Below are positions 8,811-18,780 of a stretch of 64,000 nt of DNA, one piece after another. Each line of letters opens with the position of its first letter. The first letter of the stretch is position 1. Below the pieces are notes generated by a model. The model was not told the DNA's origin. It made no database searches and saw only the letters and a program-made list of their open reading frames with translations. The DNA is taken from positions 2,848,001-2,912,000 of the forward strand of contig OY761611.1 in the NCBI GenBank assembly GCA_963664875.1, written 5' to 3'. Position numbers and translations under genes: made by a program. Origin of the DNA: Candidatus Kapaibacterium sp. (GTDB lineage Bacteria; Bacteroidota; Ignavibacteria; Kapaibacteriales; UBA2268).

Positions 8811-11612
8811 TTATCTGACTACACAAAATTTACCTAAAGTAACTTCACCCTTGTGTGATATTTTTACTATATAGATTCCCGGTGCGAGGTTTAAATCGGA
8901 TAAATCTACTGTATAATTGGTTCCGTCAAGCAATGCATCTTGTTGAATGATTCTATCACCTAACATAGATACTATTTCAATTTGTGCTGCACCACGGAAA
9001 CTTTGCTTCAATTTGAGATTCAAATTTTCTGCGACAGGATTAGGGAAAACTACAAACTGATTGTCTGTTTCTTCAGCTACAGAAACTAAACCAAGAGCTA
9101 TAGATTTGAGAGAATTAGCAAGTTCAGTTTCAGAGTCAGCTGCAGCAAGAAGTACTACAAATTGCAAACTATCGTTTGCTTGAAGCACCTTATTAAAACG
9201 CATACCTATCGCCATAGCTCTATCGTTAAAGCCTACTACTTGCTTGCTGATTCCACTATTCAGAAGTTCTACAATCATTGCACTTGAAGGATTGTCAGGT
9301 AGTACATCAGTACCGGCCGCCTGAGCCACCGCTCCATCAACTGAAGAATAAGCTGCTGCAGCTACGAGAGGCATACCGTCAGAATTCTCTTTCATCATTT
9401 CGACTGCATAATTAGGCATTCCCATCAATTCCGGTGGAATTGCATCTGCAAAATATCGGGCAAGGTTATTGTCATAATCACCGTTAACATCCCAATCTAA
9501 GTAATAGCCACAAGATGGATTTGCTATATTACCGCCCGATTTATTGTAAATCGTAAAGTCGATGCGTGCGACATTGCTTACCTCAGATGGGAAGCTAACT
9601 TTCTGCTTGATTTCGATACCTACTTTATTGCCGGAAGCAAATTCATCCGAAACCAGTGAGCTACTATTGCTACTGTTCCAAGCCTCTACTGTTTTGAAAT
9701 GTCCTTGGAACGAAGTAACAGCTTTTGAGTCCCCGGCTGTAAAAATTAGTCCGGAGCCTGGTATAGATAGCTGATTGTAAGTATCCTTAAACAAAAATCC
9801 TTTGCCGTATTGAGTTTGACTTCCGGTGTAACCAAATTCACCTCTGTCGCCAAAGGACAAAGTCAAATCGCCATTTTGGAATGTAATAAAGTTTTGAGTA
9901 GGTACTACATCGAACTTAAAGAAATCATGGTAGTCACCATCTGCAAAAACATCTATACGCATAACTACCGGGCTAAATGACTCATTTGCAATTTTTATCT
10001 CGAAACCGTTTAAACCCAAGTACGAAGTAGGCTGAATTTCAGAAATAAGAACTTCTTCTTTTGTAACCTCTATAGCATTTTGAGGGTCGTAAGCCTGTGA
10101 AAGCAAAAATCTTACATTTTTCAAACCGCCTAAGTAGTTTCTTGCTTTTATCTTCAGGGAGTATGTTTCGCCAAGGACAGTTCTTAAAGACAGTTTACCA
10201 TCCTTTCCGTAAAACTCTTTATCTTCGAACCGAATACCTGCCAATGACATAGGATCAGTATTTACAACTTTTAAGAGATTGACTCTGCCCGGCAATAAAT
10301 TTGCATAAGCCCCATTTTTTGAGGAAACATCATCTGTACATTGTCTGACAAATTCAATAACCTGATTAGGATTCAGATTCGGATGCTTGCCCAAAGCTAA
10401 TGCGGCTGCACCTGCAACAACCGGAGATGAGTATGAGGAACCTTCACCCATGGTTCCGTAAGAGCTACCTGTGGTTGTGTAATTCCCTTTTCCGGGAGCT
10501 ACAATTCTAACTTGCGATCCAAATAGCGATTCGCCCGTAACTTTATCGATATTGTCCACTTCACCTACGCCTAACACTCCGTCGTATCCGGCAGGGAAAC
10601 AAACAGAGCTATGTCTGTCCGTGATGCCTTGTTGGCTATTGTTCCCACCAGAAGCTATTATAACAACACCTTTGGAAACAGCAAAGTCAATGATAGACTG
10701 ATCAATAGGAGAATAGTCTTTGATAGAGCCCCAGCTGCAATTCAGTACATCTAACTCTGCAAGAGCAGCATATCTTATAGATTCATAGCTATAAGAGAGT
10801 TGACCTTCGTTTTGAGGTGCAATTTTTATAGGGAAGAATCTTGTTTTGGCTCCAATTCCCGCAAGACCTCTATTGTTACTGTAAGTCGCACTTGCAATGC
10901 CTGCAACTTCTGTGCCGTGCGAATCAGAATGGTAAGTGTTGTCCCAGCCTGCACCATCATCTAAATGGGCAAGATTGCAACCTTTATAGTCGTCGATATA
11001 ACCATTATTGTCATCATCAATGCCGTTATCGGGTATTTCATCGTTATTAAAAGCAATATTTGCCTGCAAATCACTATGATCTTGGTTTATTCCAATATCA
11101 CTGATACCAATTACTATTTCAGAGTTACCGTCAAAAATCTGCCATGCTTCCAATGCTTTAATATTTATCAGCATATTTTGTTTATTTATGTCAGGGTCAT
11201 TTGGGGTTGAGCCGGTTATCTGTGGCAAATAGTATGGTTCTGCGATTTCTACCAAATTGGGATAATGCGAACTCAGATGAGCACAATATTCCAAAGGATT
11301 TTTACCTTCAGGCACCGGTAGGATATAAGTCCTGAAAAGAGGTTCTTCAGCTTTTTCTATTTTTTTTATTTGCTCAAAAGAGTAACTTTTTCGAGATAAT
11401 TTTGTTTCTTTGATTGAGAGATTTCTGTGCAGGAACGGGGCAGGAGAAAATTTGATATTTTCGCTTTTGCTGAGCACTTCAATATTTTCTGAATACAATC
11501 GCACAAATATTTTCTTTTCGGAAATTGTAGCTCCCGACTTAAGTGTTAAAGCCGAATTTGCACTGAATTGAATCAGGCATAAAAGTGATAAAAGAGTAAA
11601 TATCTTTGCCAT
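8811..11612 (-). CDS. S8 subtilisin-family serine protease with T9SS C-terminal sorting domain (tandem paralog)
   Basis: ISDIG, HGTEVAG, SGGN, GSSYSSP; C-terminal VFPNP...LAPGIYIV; signal peptide. Confidence 0.9.
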   Translation of the reverse strand: MAKIFTLLSLLCLIQFSANSALTLKSGATISEKKIFVRLYSENIEVLSKSENIKFSPAPFLHRNLSIKETKLSRKSYSFEQIKKIEKAEEPLFRTYILPVPEGKNPLEYCAHLSSHYPNLVEIAEPYYLPQITGSTPNDPDINKQNMLINIKALEAWQIFDGNSEIVIGISDIGINQDHSDLQANIAFNNDEIPDNGIDDDNNGYIDDYKGCNLAHLDDGAGWDNTYHSDSHGTEVAGIASATYSNNRGLAGIGAKTRFFPIKIAPQNEGQLSYSYESIRYAALAELDVLNCSWGSIKDYSPIDQSIIDFAVSKGVVIIASGGNNSQQGITDRHSSVCFPAGYDGVLGVGEVDNIDKVTGESLFGSQVRIVAPGKGNYTTTGSSYGTMGEGSSYSSPVVAGAAALALGKHPNLNPNQVIEFVRQCTDDVSSKNGAYANLLPGRVNLLKVVNTDPMSLAGIRFEDKEFYGKDGKLSLRTVLGETYSLKIKARNYLGGLKNVRFLLSQAYDPQNAIEVTKEEVLISEIQPTSYLGLNGFEIKIANESFSPVVMRIDVFADGDYHDFFKFDVVPTQNFITFQNGDLTLSFGDRGEFGYTGSQTQYGKGFLFKDTYNQLSIPGSGLIFTAGDSKAVTSFQGHFKTVEAWNSSNSSSLVSDEFASGNKVGIEIKQKVSFPSEVSNVARIDFTIYNKSGGNIANPSCGYYLDWDVNGDYDNNLARYFADAIPPELMGMPNYAVEMMKENSDGMPLVAAAAYSSVDGAVAQAAGTDVLPDNPSSAMIVELLNSGISKQVVGFNDRAMAIGMRFNKVLQANDSLQFVVLLAAADSETELANSLKSIALGLVSVAEETDNQFVVFPNPVAENLNLKLKQSFRGAAQIEIVSMLGDRIIQQDALLDGTNYTVDLSDLNLAPGIYIVKISHKGEVTLGKFCVVR

Positions 11613-11757
11613 ATTAAACCTCTATATTTTTAGATATAAGTTATTTCTATAATTAAAATTAAATATAATTATTGCGAGAAATATATACAACTATTTAGTT
11701 ATATCAGACGTATAACATTCGAACTTATAATGTACAAAAAAAATCGGGACAAATGAC

Positions 11758-11994
11758 ATGAAAATTGCAGTTGATATCAGCTATTACCCTTTAGTAGAAG
11801 AATTTAAAATTCCAATCAAAGCATTTATTTCAAAATTAGAATCGATAGAAGGTGTCGAAATTGAAAAAAATTCTATGAGTACTCAAATCAGAGGTGAACA
11901 TAGCATCCTTATGCCATTGCTTACAGAAAAGATTATAGAAGAACTCGAGTCATACAGAGCTTCGTTTGTAATCAAAATTATCAAAGGTGAATAA
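11758..11994 (+). CDS. YkoF/thiamine-binding family small protein
   Basis: VDISYYPL...NSMSTQIRGE pattern, 78 aa. Confidence 0.7.
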   Translation: MKIAVDISYYPLVEEFKIPIKAFISKLESIEGVEIEKNSMSTQIRGEHSILMPLLTEKIIEELESYRASFVIKIIKGE

Positions 11995-12200
11995 AATCCA
12001 AGGTGGATTTTTTCTTAGTTTATCAATATTAAATTCTCATATAGTCTGCTTCGCTATATATAGATTTTTATTGCACAGGGACTTATTGTATTTTGAAATA
12101 ACTAAGAATGAAAGACCTAAATCTATACCTATTATAGAAAATTAGCTTCTGAAAAGTATTGAGACCACTCAATATAAACTCAAACATCCAAAAATGAGAG

Positions 12201-12758
12201 ATGTATATGAAAACTTATTACTCATTGAGTATCTTGGCATTGTTACTGCTTTTTACCGGTATATTTGCCGAAGAAAAAGAAAACACTTGGTTTGCGGTAG
12301 AATCAAAAGGAGGGAATTATAAAATGGAATTTCCTGAGTATCCTATTGAGAGTCACATACCAAAAGTCGGAGGCGGAATAGATGCTGAGGCTTTTATTCA
12401 CGAATATTCAAGTATTCCTTATGCAGTAGCTTTTGCCTGCAAGTGTTTTGTATATGATGACTCAAAAACACCTAAAGAACGATTGGATAATGTCCTGGAA
12501 GCTTTCAAAGTGAATTACAAAGAAGGGACTTTCAAATTTGTGGATAGTGTTTCGAATAAAAATTTTGAGAATAAAGGCGTTGAATATTCCGGTATTATGC
12601 TTACATACTCTGCTCTTAAGAAAAAAGACATTAGAGGGTATCTTAGAGTGTACTATACTAAAGACAGAATCTATCTTTTTGAAGTATTAGGTGATGACTT
12701 TATTTTTGAATCTAATTTTCCTGATAGATTTTTTAATTCCTTTGAATTGCAGAAATAG
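12201..12758 (+). CDS. Hypothetical exported protein
   Basis: Signal peptide; ends ...PDRFFNSFELQK; no family confidently recognised. Confidence 0.7.
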   Translation: MYMKTYYSLSILALLLLFTGIFAEEKENTWFAVESKGGNYKMEFPEYPIESHIPKVGGGIDAEAFIHEYSSIPYAVAFACKCFVYDDSKTPKERLDNVLEAFKVNYKEGTFKFVDSVSNKNFENKGVEYSGIMLTYSALKKKDIRGYLRVYYTKDRIYLFEVLGDDFIFESNFPDRFFNSFELQK

Positions 12759-12780
12759 AAACATAGATTGAGTAAAAGAG

Positions 12781-13545
12781 ATGATTCCTAATAAGAAAAG
12801 CATGAATGTACATATTTTCCAACACATCAAATCTGATGTGCCACACAGTATAACTGACTGGTTGGAAATGAGAGGTCATAGCTACGAAATAACTAAGTTC
12901 CCTTTGGATCCTTCTTTGCCAAACGCAGAAGATATTGATTGGCTGATTGTACTGGGGGGACCTTTGAGTGTTCATGATGAGGCAAAATTTCCGTGGTTGA
13001 AAAGTGAAAAGAGTTTTCTAAAAGCAATGATAGATTCCGGCAAACCTGTGCTGGGATTTTGTTTTGGTGCTCAGCTAATTGCGGAAGCATTGGGAGCAAA
13101 AGTTTATGTTTCCAAATTCCCTGAAATAGGCTGGTTACCTGTTTATACCAAAAAGAGTATGGGTAATAGTAAAATATTCAAATATTTTCCTGACACTTTC
13201 ACTGCCTTTCACTGGCATAATGAGGCATTTTCTTTGCCGGAAGGAGCTAATGTTGTAGCTTCATCTCCTGCATGTGAAAACCAAATGATAGTATATAATA
13301 ACAATATTCTCGCTATCCAATGCCATCTCGAATTGGGAATAGCTGAAATTGAAAAATATATTGAGAAGAATGCTGATATTTTAGTAAAAGATGAATATGT
13401 GCAAACAGCAGAAGAAATAAGAAATAATATAAATTATGCTAAATTGACTCAGGATTTGCTACACGAGGTGCTTTATAAAATGGAAAAAGAAGCAAGAGCT
13501 GCTAAACGCAAAATCCTTAAAGAAAAAGAATTTGAGCTCAACTAA
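12781..13545 (+). CDS. Class I glutamine amidotransferase
   Basis: LIVLGGPLSV, LGFCFGAQL (nucleophile Cys), WH, QCHLE. Confidence 0.9.
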   Translation: MIPNKKSMNVHIFQHIKSDVPHSITDWLEMRGHSYEITKFPLDPSLPNAEDIDWLIVLGGPLSVHDEAKFPWLKSEKSFLKAMIDSGKPVLGFCFGAQLIAEALGAKVYVSKFPEIGWLPVYTKKSMGNSKIFKYFPDTFTAFHWHNEAFSLPEGANVVASSPACENQMIVYNNNILAIQCHLELGIAEIEKYIEKNADILVKDEYVQTAEEIRNNINYAKLTQDLLHEVLYKMEKEARAAKRKILKEKEFELN

Positions 13546-13758
13546 AAGCATAATACTATTTGATTATAAGAAAAGACAAAATTAGAGCTGGAAACAAAGG
13601 CAAGCAGAATTAGTATATTCGACTTGCCTTTTTTCGTATTTTGATTGGACTAAATATAGTAAAATATATTACTTGCCATTTATATTCCAATCCAATATAT
13701 TAGTGTTTTATTCGATTGTAATTTTTAGTTTGATATAAATTATTAATAGAGAAAAACT

Positions 13759-15528
13759 ATGAGAAAACTTGCTTTACTTATTCTTTTCGCACTGCTTTAT
13801 GTCTATACTACTGACGCTAAAGATATTAAAAAAGAAGACTTGCGTGAGTATGTCAAATACCTTGCTTCTGATAGCCTGCAAGGGCGTTTCCCCGGCTCAC
13901 AAGGTATTGAAGCAGCTGCAAAGTTTATAGAAAATCATTTTAAAAAAGCCGGTGTGAAGGCAATCAACGATTCATACAGACAAAAATTTGAAGTTATTAC
14001 AGGCATTGAGTTGGGTGACCACAATATAATGCGAGCAGGGGATATTGAGATTGAAGCCGGTGGTCAGTGGTTGCCTACTGCATTCTCAGAAAATGGAAAT
14101 ATCGAAGGAGAGCTAGTGTTTGTTGGGTATGGAATAACCGCCCCTGACCTGAAATATGATGACTATGACGGGATTGATGTTAAAGATAAAATTGCTGTTG
14201 CTTTGACTTCTACTCCGAAAGGAAACGGAACAGATACTGATTTCTATGCTTATAGTCAACTTCGTTACAAAGCCACCAATGCAAGAAATCATGGTGCTAA
14301 AGCTGTGATATTTGTGAACTCTGTCAAAGGGGAAGATCATGTACCTGAGTTAGAGTATGCAGCTATGACAAAAAATTCCGGTGTTGTTGCAGTCCATGCT
14401 TCAAGAGAAGCTTTTGATCAGCTTCTTGCTCCAGGAATGATACAGCAGCTGGAAGAAAGCATGATCCAATCAAATACCACTGCAAGTAAGACTTTAGAAA
14501 AAACCTTGAGCATGAATGTTGTCCTACGGGATGTTGTTTCGACTACTTCTAATGTGATTGGAGTGATCGAAGGTACAGATGCAAAATTGAAAAACGAATA
14601 TATAGTAGTTGGTGCTCATTATGATCATCTTGGCTGGGGAGGCCCCTCATCAATTTTTAAAAGTGGAAAAGCAATTCATAACGGAGCAGACGATAACGCA
14701 AGCGGGACTTCCGGCATCATTGCCTTAGCTCATAAAATTGCTGCAAAACCAATGAAACGCTCTGTTGTACTAATGGCATTTAGTGCTGAAGAAATGGGGC
14801 TTTTAGGGTCTGCATTTTATGTGAATAATCCTTTGAAAGAGCTACAAAATACAGTCGCTATGTTTAATATGGATATGATTGGAAGATTGAGAGACGACAA
14901 ATTAACACTTTTCGGTATAGGCTCATCTTCTTATTGGAAACAGATTACTGACTCTTTAGCAAAAGTCAGCAATTTGACTTTGATAGAAAACAATGAAGGT
15001 TACGGACCGAGTGACCATTCTTCATTTTATAAAGAGCATGTGCCTGTAATTATGTTCTTTTCCGGTACACACGGAGATTACCACCATCCGAATGATGACT
15101 GGGACAAACTGAATTATGAAGGCATGGAAAAAGTAGTGAATCTTGTTTATTCTTATGTTGAATGCGTAAGTAATAAATCTGAAAGACCTGATTACATTAA
15201 AGTGCAGGAGTCAGATGACAAAACTGGAAAAGGCAGACATAGCTATGGATCAGGTGCTTGGTTTGGAATTATTCCTAATTTCGAAGAATCGCCTCTCGGA
15301 TGCAAAATTTCAGGAGCAAGCCCGGGTAGCCCTGCAATGAAAGCCGGTTTGATCGAAAATGATATAATTACTACTATCAACGGCAAAGAAATCAAAAATT
15401 TGCACGATTTTATGTACACTGTAATGGAACACAAAGTTGGGGACGTCCTTGATGTAGAAGTGCTTAGAGGAAAAGACTACACAGAGAAACACACATTTAA
15501 AGTAAAACTTGCTGCAAAAGTCAAATAA
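13759..15528 (+). CDS. M28 family aminopeptidase with PA and PDZ domains
   Basis: GAHYDHLG, GADDNASG, AEEMGLLGS, NMDMIG, SDH, DYHHPND; C-terminal SPAMKAGL PDZ. Confidence 0.92.
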   Translation: MRKLALLILFALLYVYTTDAKDIKKEDLREYVKYLASDSLQGRFPGSQGIEAAAKFIENHFKKAGVKAINDSYRQKFEVITGIELGDHNIMRAGDIEIEAGGQWLPTAFSENGNIEGELVFVGYGITAPDLKYDDYDGIDVKDKIAVALTSTPKGNGTDTDFYAYSQLRYKATNARNHGAKAVIFVNSVKGEDHVPELEYAAMTKNSGVVAVHASREAFDQLLAPGMIQQLEESMIQSNTTASKTLEKTLSMNVVLRDVVSTTSNVIGVIEGTDAKLKNEYIVVGAHYDHLGWGGPSSIFKSGKAIHNGADDNASGTSGIIALAHKIAAKPMKRSVVLMAFSAEEMGLLGSAFYVNNPLKELQNTVAMFNMDMIGRLRDDKLTLFGIGSSSYWKQITDSLAKVSNLTLIENNEGYGPSDHSSFYKEHVPVIMFFSGTHGDYHHPNDDWDKLNYEGMEKVVNLVYSYVECVSNKSERPDYIKVQESDDKTGKGRHSYGSGAWFGIIPNFEESPLGCKISGASPGSPAMKAGLIENDIITTINGKEIKNLHDFMYTVMEHKVGDVLDVEVLRGKDYTEKHTFKVKLAAKVK

Positions 15529-15587
15529 TCTTGAAACTTTAAAAAAACATTAGCGTATTAGTATATAAATCATACGCCCCTTTTGGA

Positions 15588-15629
15588 GCCTGCCTGAGGA
15601 TTAAAAAAACTTCGGCAGGCACTTTTTTT
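15588..15629 (+). terminator. Intrinsic terminator after M28 peptidase
   Basis: gcctgcc...ggcaggc stem followed by a T-run. Confidence 0.7.
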
Positions 15630-15710
15630 ATAATCCTATTCATTTTGACTTTCTATTCAATATTTTAAAATGTGAAGAAGATTCAGAGTCTTTTTTGTTG
15701 AAATTGATAG

Positions 15711-16877
15711 TTAGAGTGAAAGCTCAATCTTGGTGCCGAAATCCGGCGTTGATGTAACATTTACAGCAATATTGGCTTGATCTAAAAGTTCTTTTACAAG
15801 CATTAGACCGATGCCATGCCCCTTCTCATTTGCAGTGCCAAAAGTGGGAGACATCACGGATTTAAACAGTTTCTCTAATTGTTCCTGTCCCATTCCAATT
15901 CCTTTGTCTTCAATCAGCAATTTCGAACCAGTGTACGCAATACGAAGTTCACCGTTTTGATTGGAGTATTTGATTGAATTTGAAAGGAAGTTTCTAACTG
16001 CAATCCTAAGTATTGCTGCGTTTGCAACTACTTTTGTGTTCTGAGGTATAAGCACAGAACCGGTTAGATTTTTCTCTTTGATTTGCAAGTCAAACTCTTC
16101 GAGGATATCAAAAATAAAAGAATTCAAATCCAACGCCTGCCTATCTACTCCTAAATCTCTTTTTGCTTTTGTCCAATTGATAAGTGTCTTAGTGATATTT
16201 ATAGCATTGGTAGAGGATTGATACATAATATCAACAAATCGTTTCACGGTATCGTCGCAATCATTGTGTTCCATTTCATCTTTCAAAATTCTTGCGAATC
16301 CTATGACACTATTAAGTGGGTTTGCCAAATCATGAAATATAACAGAATATATGTTTTCCTGTAATTTCATCTGCTCTGATAGCATTTCAATCAGTTTGTT
16401 TTGCTTTAGCTCTACTTCCTTTTTTTCAGTAATATCAAAGACAATGCCTGCAAGAAAAATTGGTTCGCCTTTATCAGTTCTTCTGGTTACTTTTCCTCTG
16501 TCATGGTACCACTTCCAATCACCGTTTTTTGCTTTGATGCGATACTCCACTTCGTACATAGCAGAGTTGTTATAAAGGTGGTCGCGCATATTTTGCATCA
16601 CATACTCATAGTCATCAGGGTGTAGCTTTTCGGTAAACCATTGGAAACCTACATTGTCAGGGATTTCATCATCAGAATATCCCAAAGCAGTTGCCTTTTT
16701 CTTGTTAAATTTCACAATATTAGCCTGCACGTCCCAATACCAATGCCCAAGATTACCTGTCCAAGCAAAGGCAAGGTCAAGTTCTTTTTCTTTTTCTTCT
16801 TCGTATATTTCTATGAATCTGTCACGAGAAAGGAGCTCTCGCAGAAGTTCATCTTTGCTTAGCTTTGAATAGTCCAT
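15711..16877 (-). CDS. PAS-domain sensor histidine kinase
   Basis: PAS_3 (LHPDD...EYRIKAKNGDWKW), HDLANPL H-box, NSIKYS, DKGIG, GHGIGL. Confidence 0.9.
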   Translation of the reverse strand: MDYSKLSKDELLRELLSRDRFIEIYEEEKEKELDLAFAWTGNLGHWYWDVQANIVKFNKKKATALGYSDDEIPDNVGFQWFTEKLHPDDYEYVMQNMRDHLYNNSAMYEVEYRIKAKNGDWKWYHDRGKVTRRTDKGEPIFLAGIVFDITEKKEVELKQNKLIEMLSEQMKLQENIYSVIFHDLANPLNSVIGFARILKDEMEHNDCDDTVKRFVDIMYQSSTNAINITKTLINWTKAKRDLGVDRQALDLNSFIFDILEEFDLQIKEKNLTGSVLIPQNTKVVANAAILRIAVRNFLSNSIKYSNQNGELRIAYTGSKLLIEDKGIGMGQEQLEKLFKSVMSPTFGTANEKGHGIGLMLVKELLDQANIAVNVTSTPDFGTKIELSL

Positions 16878-17047
16878 AAAGACGTAAATATTATGAGTAT
16901 AACATATATTAAATATACTATTTTAAGACGAGAATTCAAATTGTTCTATTTCAAAAAAAAATCGACTGTGAAAAGCATGATTGCTTTTGCATGTTTTCTT
17001 TATCTTCTTTAGTCAAATAAAAAAAATCGAAAAGAAAAAAAAATTGT

Positions 17048-17076
17048 TTGCTTTTTTGAATAAAAAAAGATATTTT
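17048..17076 (+). promoter_or_regulatory. sigma70-type promoter of tRNA-Gln
   Basis: TTGCTT-17 bp-TATTTT just upstream of the tRNA; used here as the local promoter reference pattern. Confidence 0.6.
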
Positions 17077-17099
17077 GTGTCACTCTTTGAGAGACAAAC

Positions 17100-17172
17100 T
17101 GCCCTGTGGTGTAACTGGCAACACGTCTGACTCTGGATCAGAAGAGTTCAGGTTCGAGCCCTGACGGGGCAG
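17100..17172 (+). tRNA. tRNA-Gln (anticodon CTG), CCA not encoded
   Basis: Acceptor TGCCCTG/CGGGGCA; anticodon arm TCTGA-CTCTGGA-TCAGA; T arm TCAGG-TTCGAGC-CCTGA. Confidence 0.97.
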
Positions 17173-17173
17173 C

Positions 17174-17206
17174 AAATCCTTCGATTAAATCGGGGGATTT
17201 TTTTTT
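17174..17206 (+). terminator. Intrinsic terminator after tRNA-Gln
   Basis: aatccttcgat/atcgggggatt hairpin followed by a long T-run. Confidence 0.8.
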
Positions 17207-17251
17207 AGTAAATACTATATTTCTCTTCAAATTATAATGTAAAAAGCAACA

Positions 17252-17731
17252 ATGATATCAAGTGATGCATTCCAAAGAGAAGAAAAACTCGTAGCTAGCA
17301 ACAGAAAAGCTCGCCACGACTTCGCGATTGTGTTTACCTTAGAGGCAGGCATAGCTTTGACCGGTACGGAAGTCAAATCTCTCAGACAAGGCAAATGCAG
17401 TCTTGTTGATGCTTATGCTGCATTCAAAAACAAAAATGATGATACATTTGTGCTTTACAACTGCCATATCAATGAATATACTCATGGTAATATCCAAAAT
17501 CATCAGCCTAAACGTGATAGGATATTACTGATAAATGCTAATGAAATCAAGAAACTTCGCAATCTGACTCAGGAAAAGGGTATGACTATCGTGCCACTTA
17601 GAATTTACTTCTCAGGTCAGTTTGCCAAAGTTGAGCTCGGCGTAGCAAAACCTAAGAAAAAATACGATAAAAGAGAAGCTCTCAAAGAAAGAGAACAAAA
17701 ACGCGAAACTCAAAGAAGTTATAAAATGTAA
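17252..17731 (+). CDS. smpB: SsrA-binding protein SmpB
   Basis: NRKARHDF...EAGIALTGTEVKSLR...KKYDKRE. Confidence 0.97.
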   Translation: MISSDAFQREEKLVASNRKARHDFAIVFTLEAGIALTGTEVKSLRQGKCSLVDAYAAFKNKNDDTFVLYNCHINEYTHGNIQNHQPKRDRILLINANEIKKLRNLTQEKGMTIVPLRIYFSGQFAKVELGVAKPKKKYDKREALKEREQKRETQRSYKM

Positions 17732-17740
17732 TTCCTGCTT

Positions 17741-18406
17741 TTATTCTTTCCAAACAAAATCGAACAAAAGAAAAGACACTGATACTATCAAACCGGCATA
17801 AGCTGTCATTAGTCGGAAATTGCTATCTCCTCCGCTTACACCGCCATCGATAGTATAGCGGAATGACTCTATACCCAAAAGAATCAGGGGCACTAAAATA
17901 GGAAAAGCCAAAACAGGAAACAAAGCGTTCTTGCTGCTGCCTTTTGCTATCAATGCAGAAATGATGGTAGTAGCACCTGCCAATCCGATAGAAGCCAAAG
18001 TAAGCGAAAGTAAAAATTCCCAAACAAAGCTTATCGATATGTAGTCGTTAAACAAAAGAAAAAGTGCCGTAGCAAAGAAATTTAGAAATATCGAAAGAGT
18101 TATATTGAATAACAATTTGCCGAAAAAGACAGAATAGGAATCAGCACTTATTTGCAAAAGGAAGCCTGTACCTCTCTCTTCTTCGCTAATAAATGATTTG
18201 GATAATCCTGTCATAGCGGCAAAAAACATTATAATCCACAAAATGCCGGAAGCTGTGGCGGTTTCCAATTTGATGCCTGCAGTTGAAAATGCAATCATTA
18301 TAATCGTAGTAAATATAAAAAGAAGAATTGCCGAAACAGCATATCTGGTCTTCAATTCACTTTTCAATTCCTTTTTAAATACAGCAAATATCTTTTTGAG
18401 ATTCAA
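17741..18406 (-). CDS. ccmB: Heme exporter protein CcmB
   Basis: KKELKSELKTR, SFISEEERGT, LFPVLAFPILVP; about six TM segments. Confidence 0.88.
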   Translation of the reverse strand: MNLKKIFAVFKKELKSELKTRYAVSAILLFIFTTIIMIAFSTAGIKLETATASGILWIIMFFAAMTGLSKSFISEEERGTGFLLQISADSYSVFFGKLLFNITLSIFLNFFATALFLLFNDYISISFVWEFLLSLTLASIGLAGATTIISALIAKGSSKNALFPVLAFPILVPLILLGIESFRYTIDGGVSGGDSNFRLMTAYAGLIVSVSFLLFDFVWKE

Positions 18407-18780
18407 ATCTTACTCCCTTGCGTATAAATTCAAACACAATATAAATAAAATCCATGAATTTCGGATTCTTTCTTTATTTACTCACATTTCTTCAGACCTC
18501 TGAACTTAGAATCAAAATGTGAAGAAATATCATTGTTATTTATTCCTAAGTGCATAAGCTTTATTGTGAGTGAATCCTTTGAGTGCTATCTTAAAGTTCT
18601 GTTGAAAAAATATCTCACTTTGTAAAGTCGGATTTGGTTATTAGTTGCGGTCATCAGACAGCAAAAAGATGCTACTTTTTTGAGGCTTTTAACGATTTGA
18701 TATTTTATATCAGAAAATCTTTTTTAAATTGCTTTTGGTAATGAATAAGTCTTTATGATAAATAAAATTGAGGGCACTTG

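Noticed and set aside
11613-11757. TPP riboswitch expected before the YkoF-like gene
   Set aside because: Region is AT-rich with no TPP aptamer motifs.
17100-17731. tRNA-Gln/smpB as an integration site for an island, or tmRNA nearby
   Set aside because: No integrase, no duplicated tRNA 3' end and no ssrA-like sequence seen in the window.
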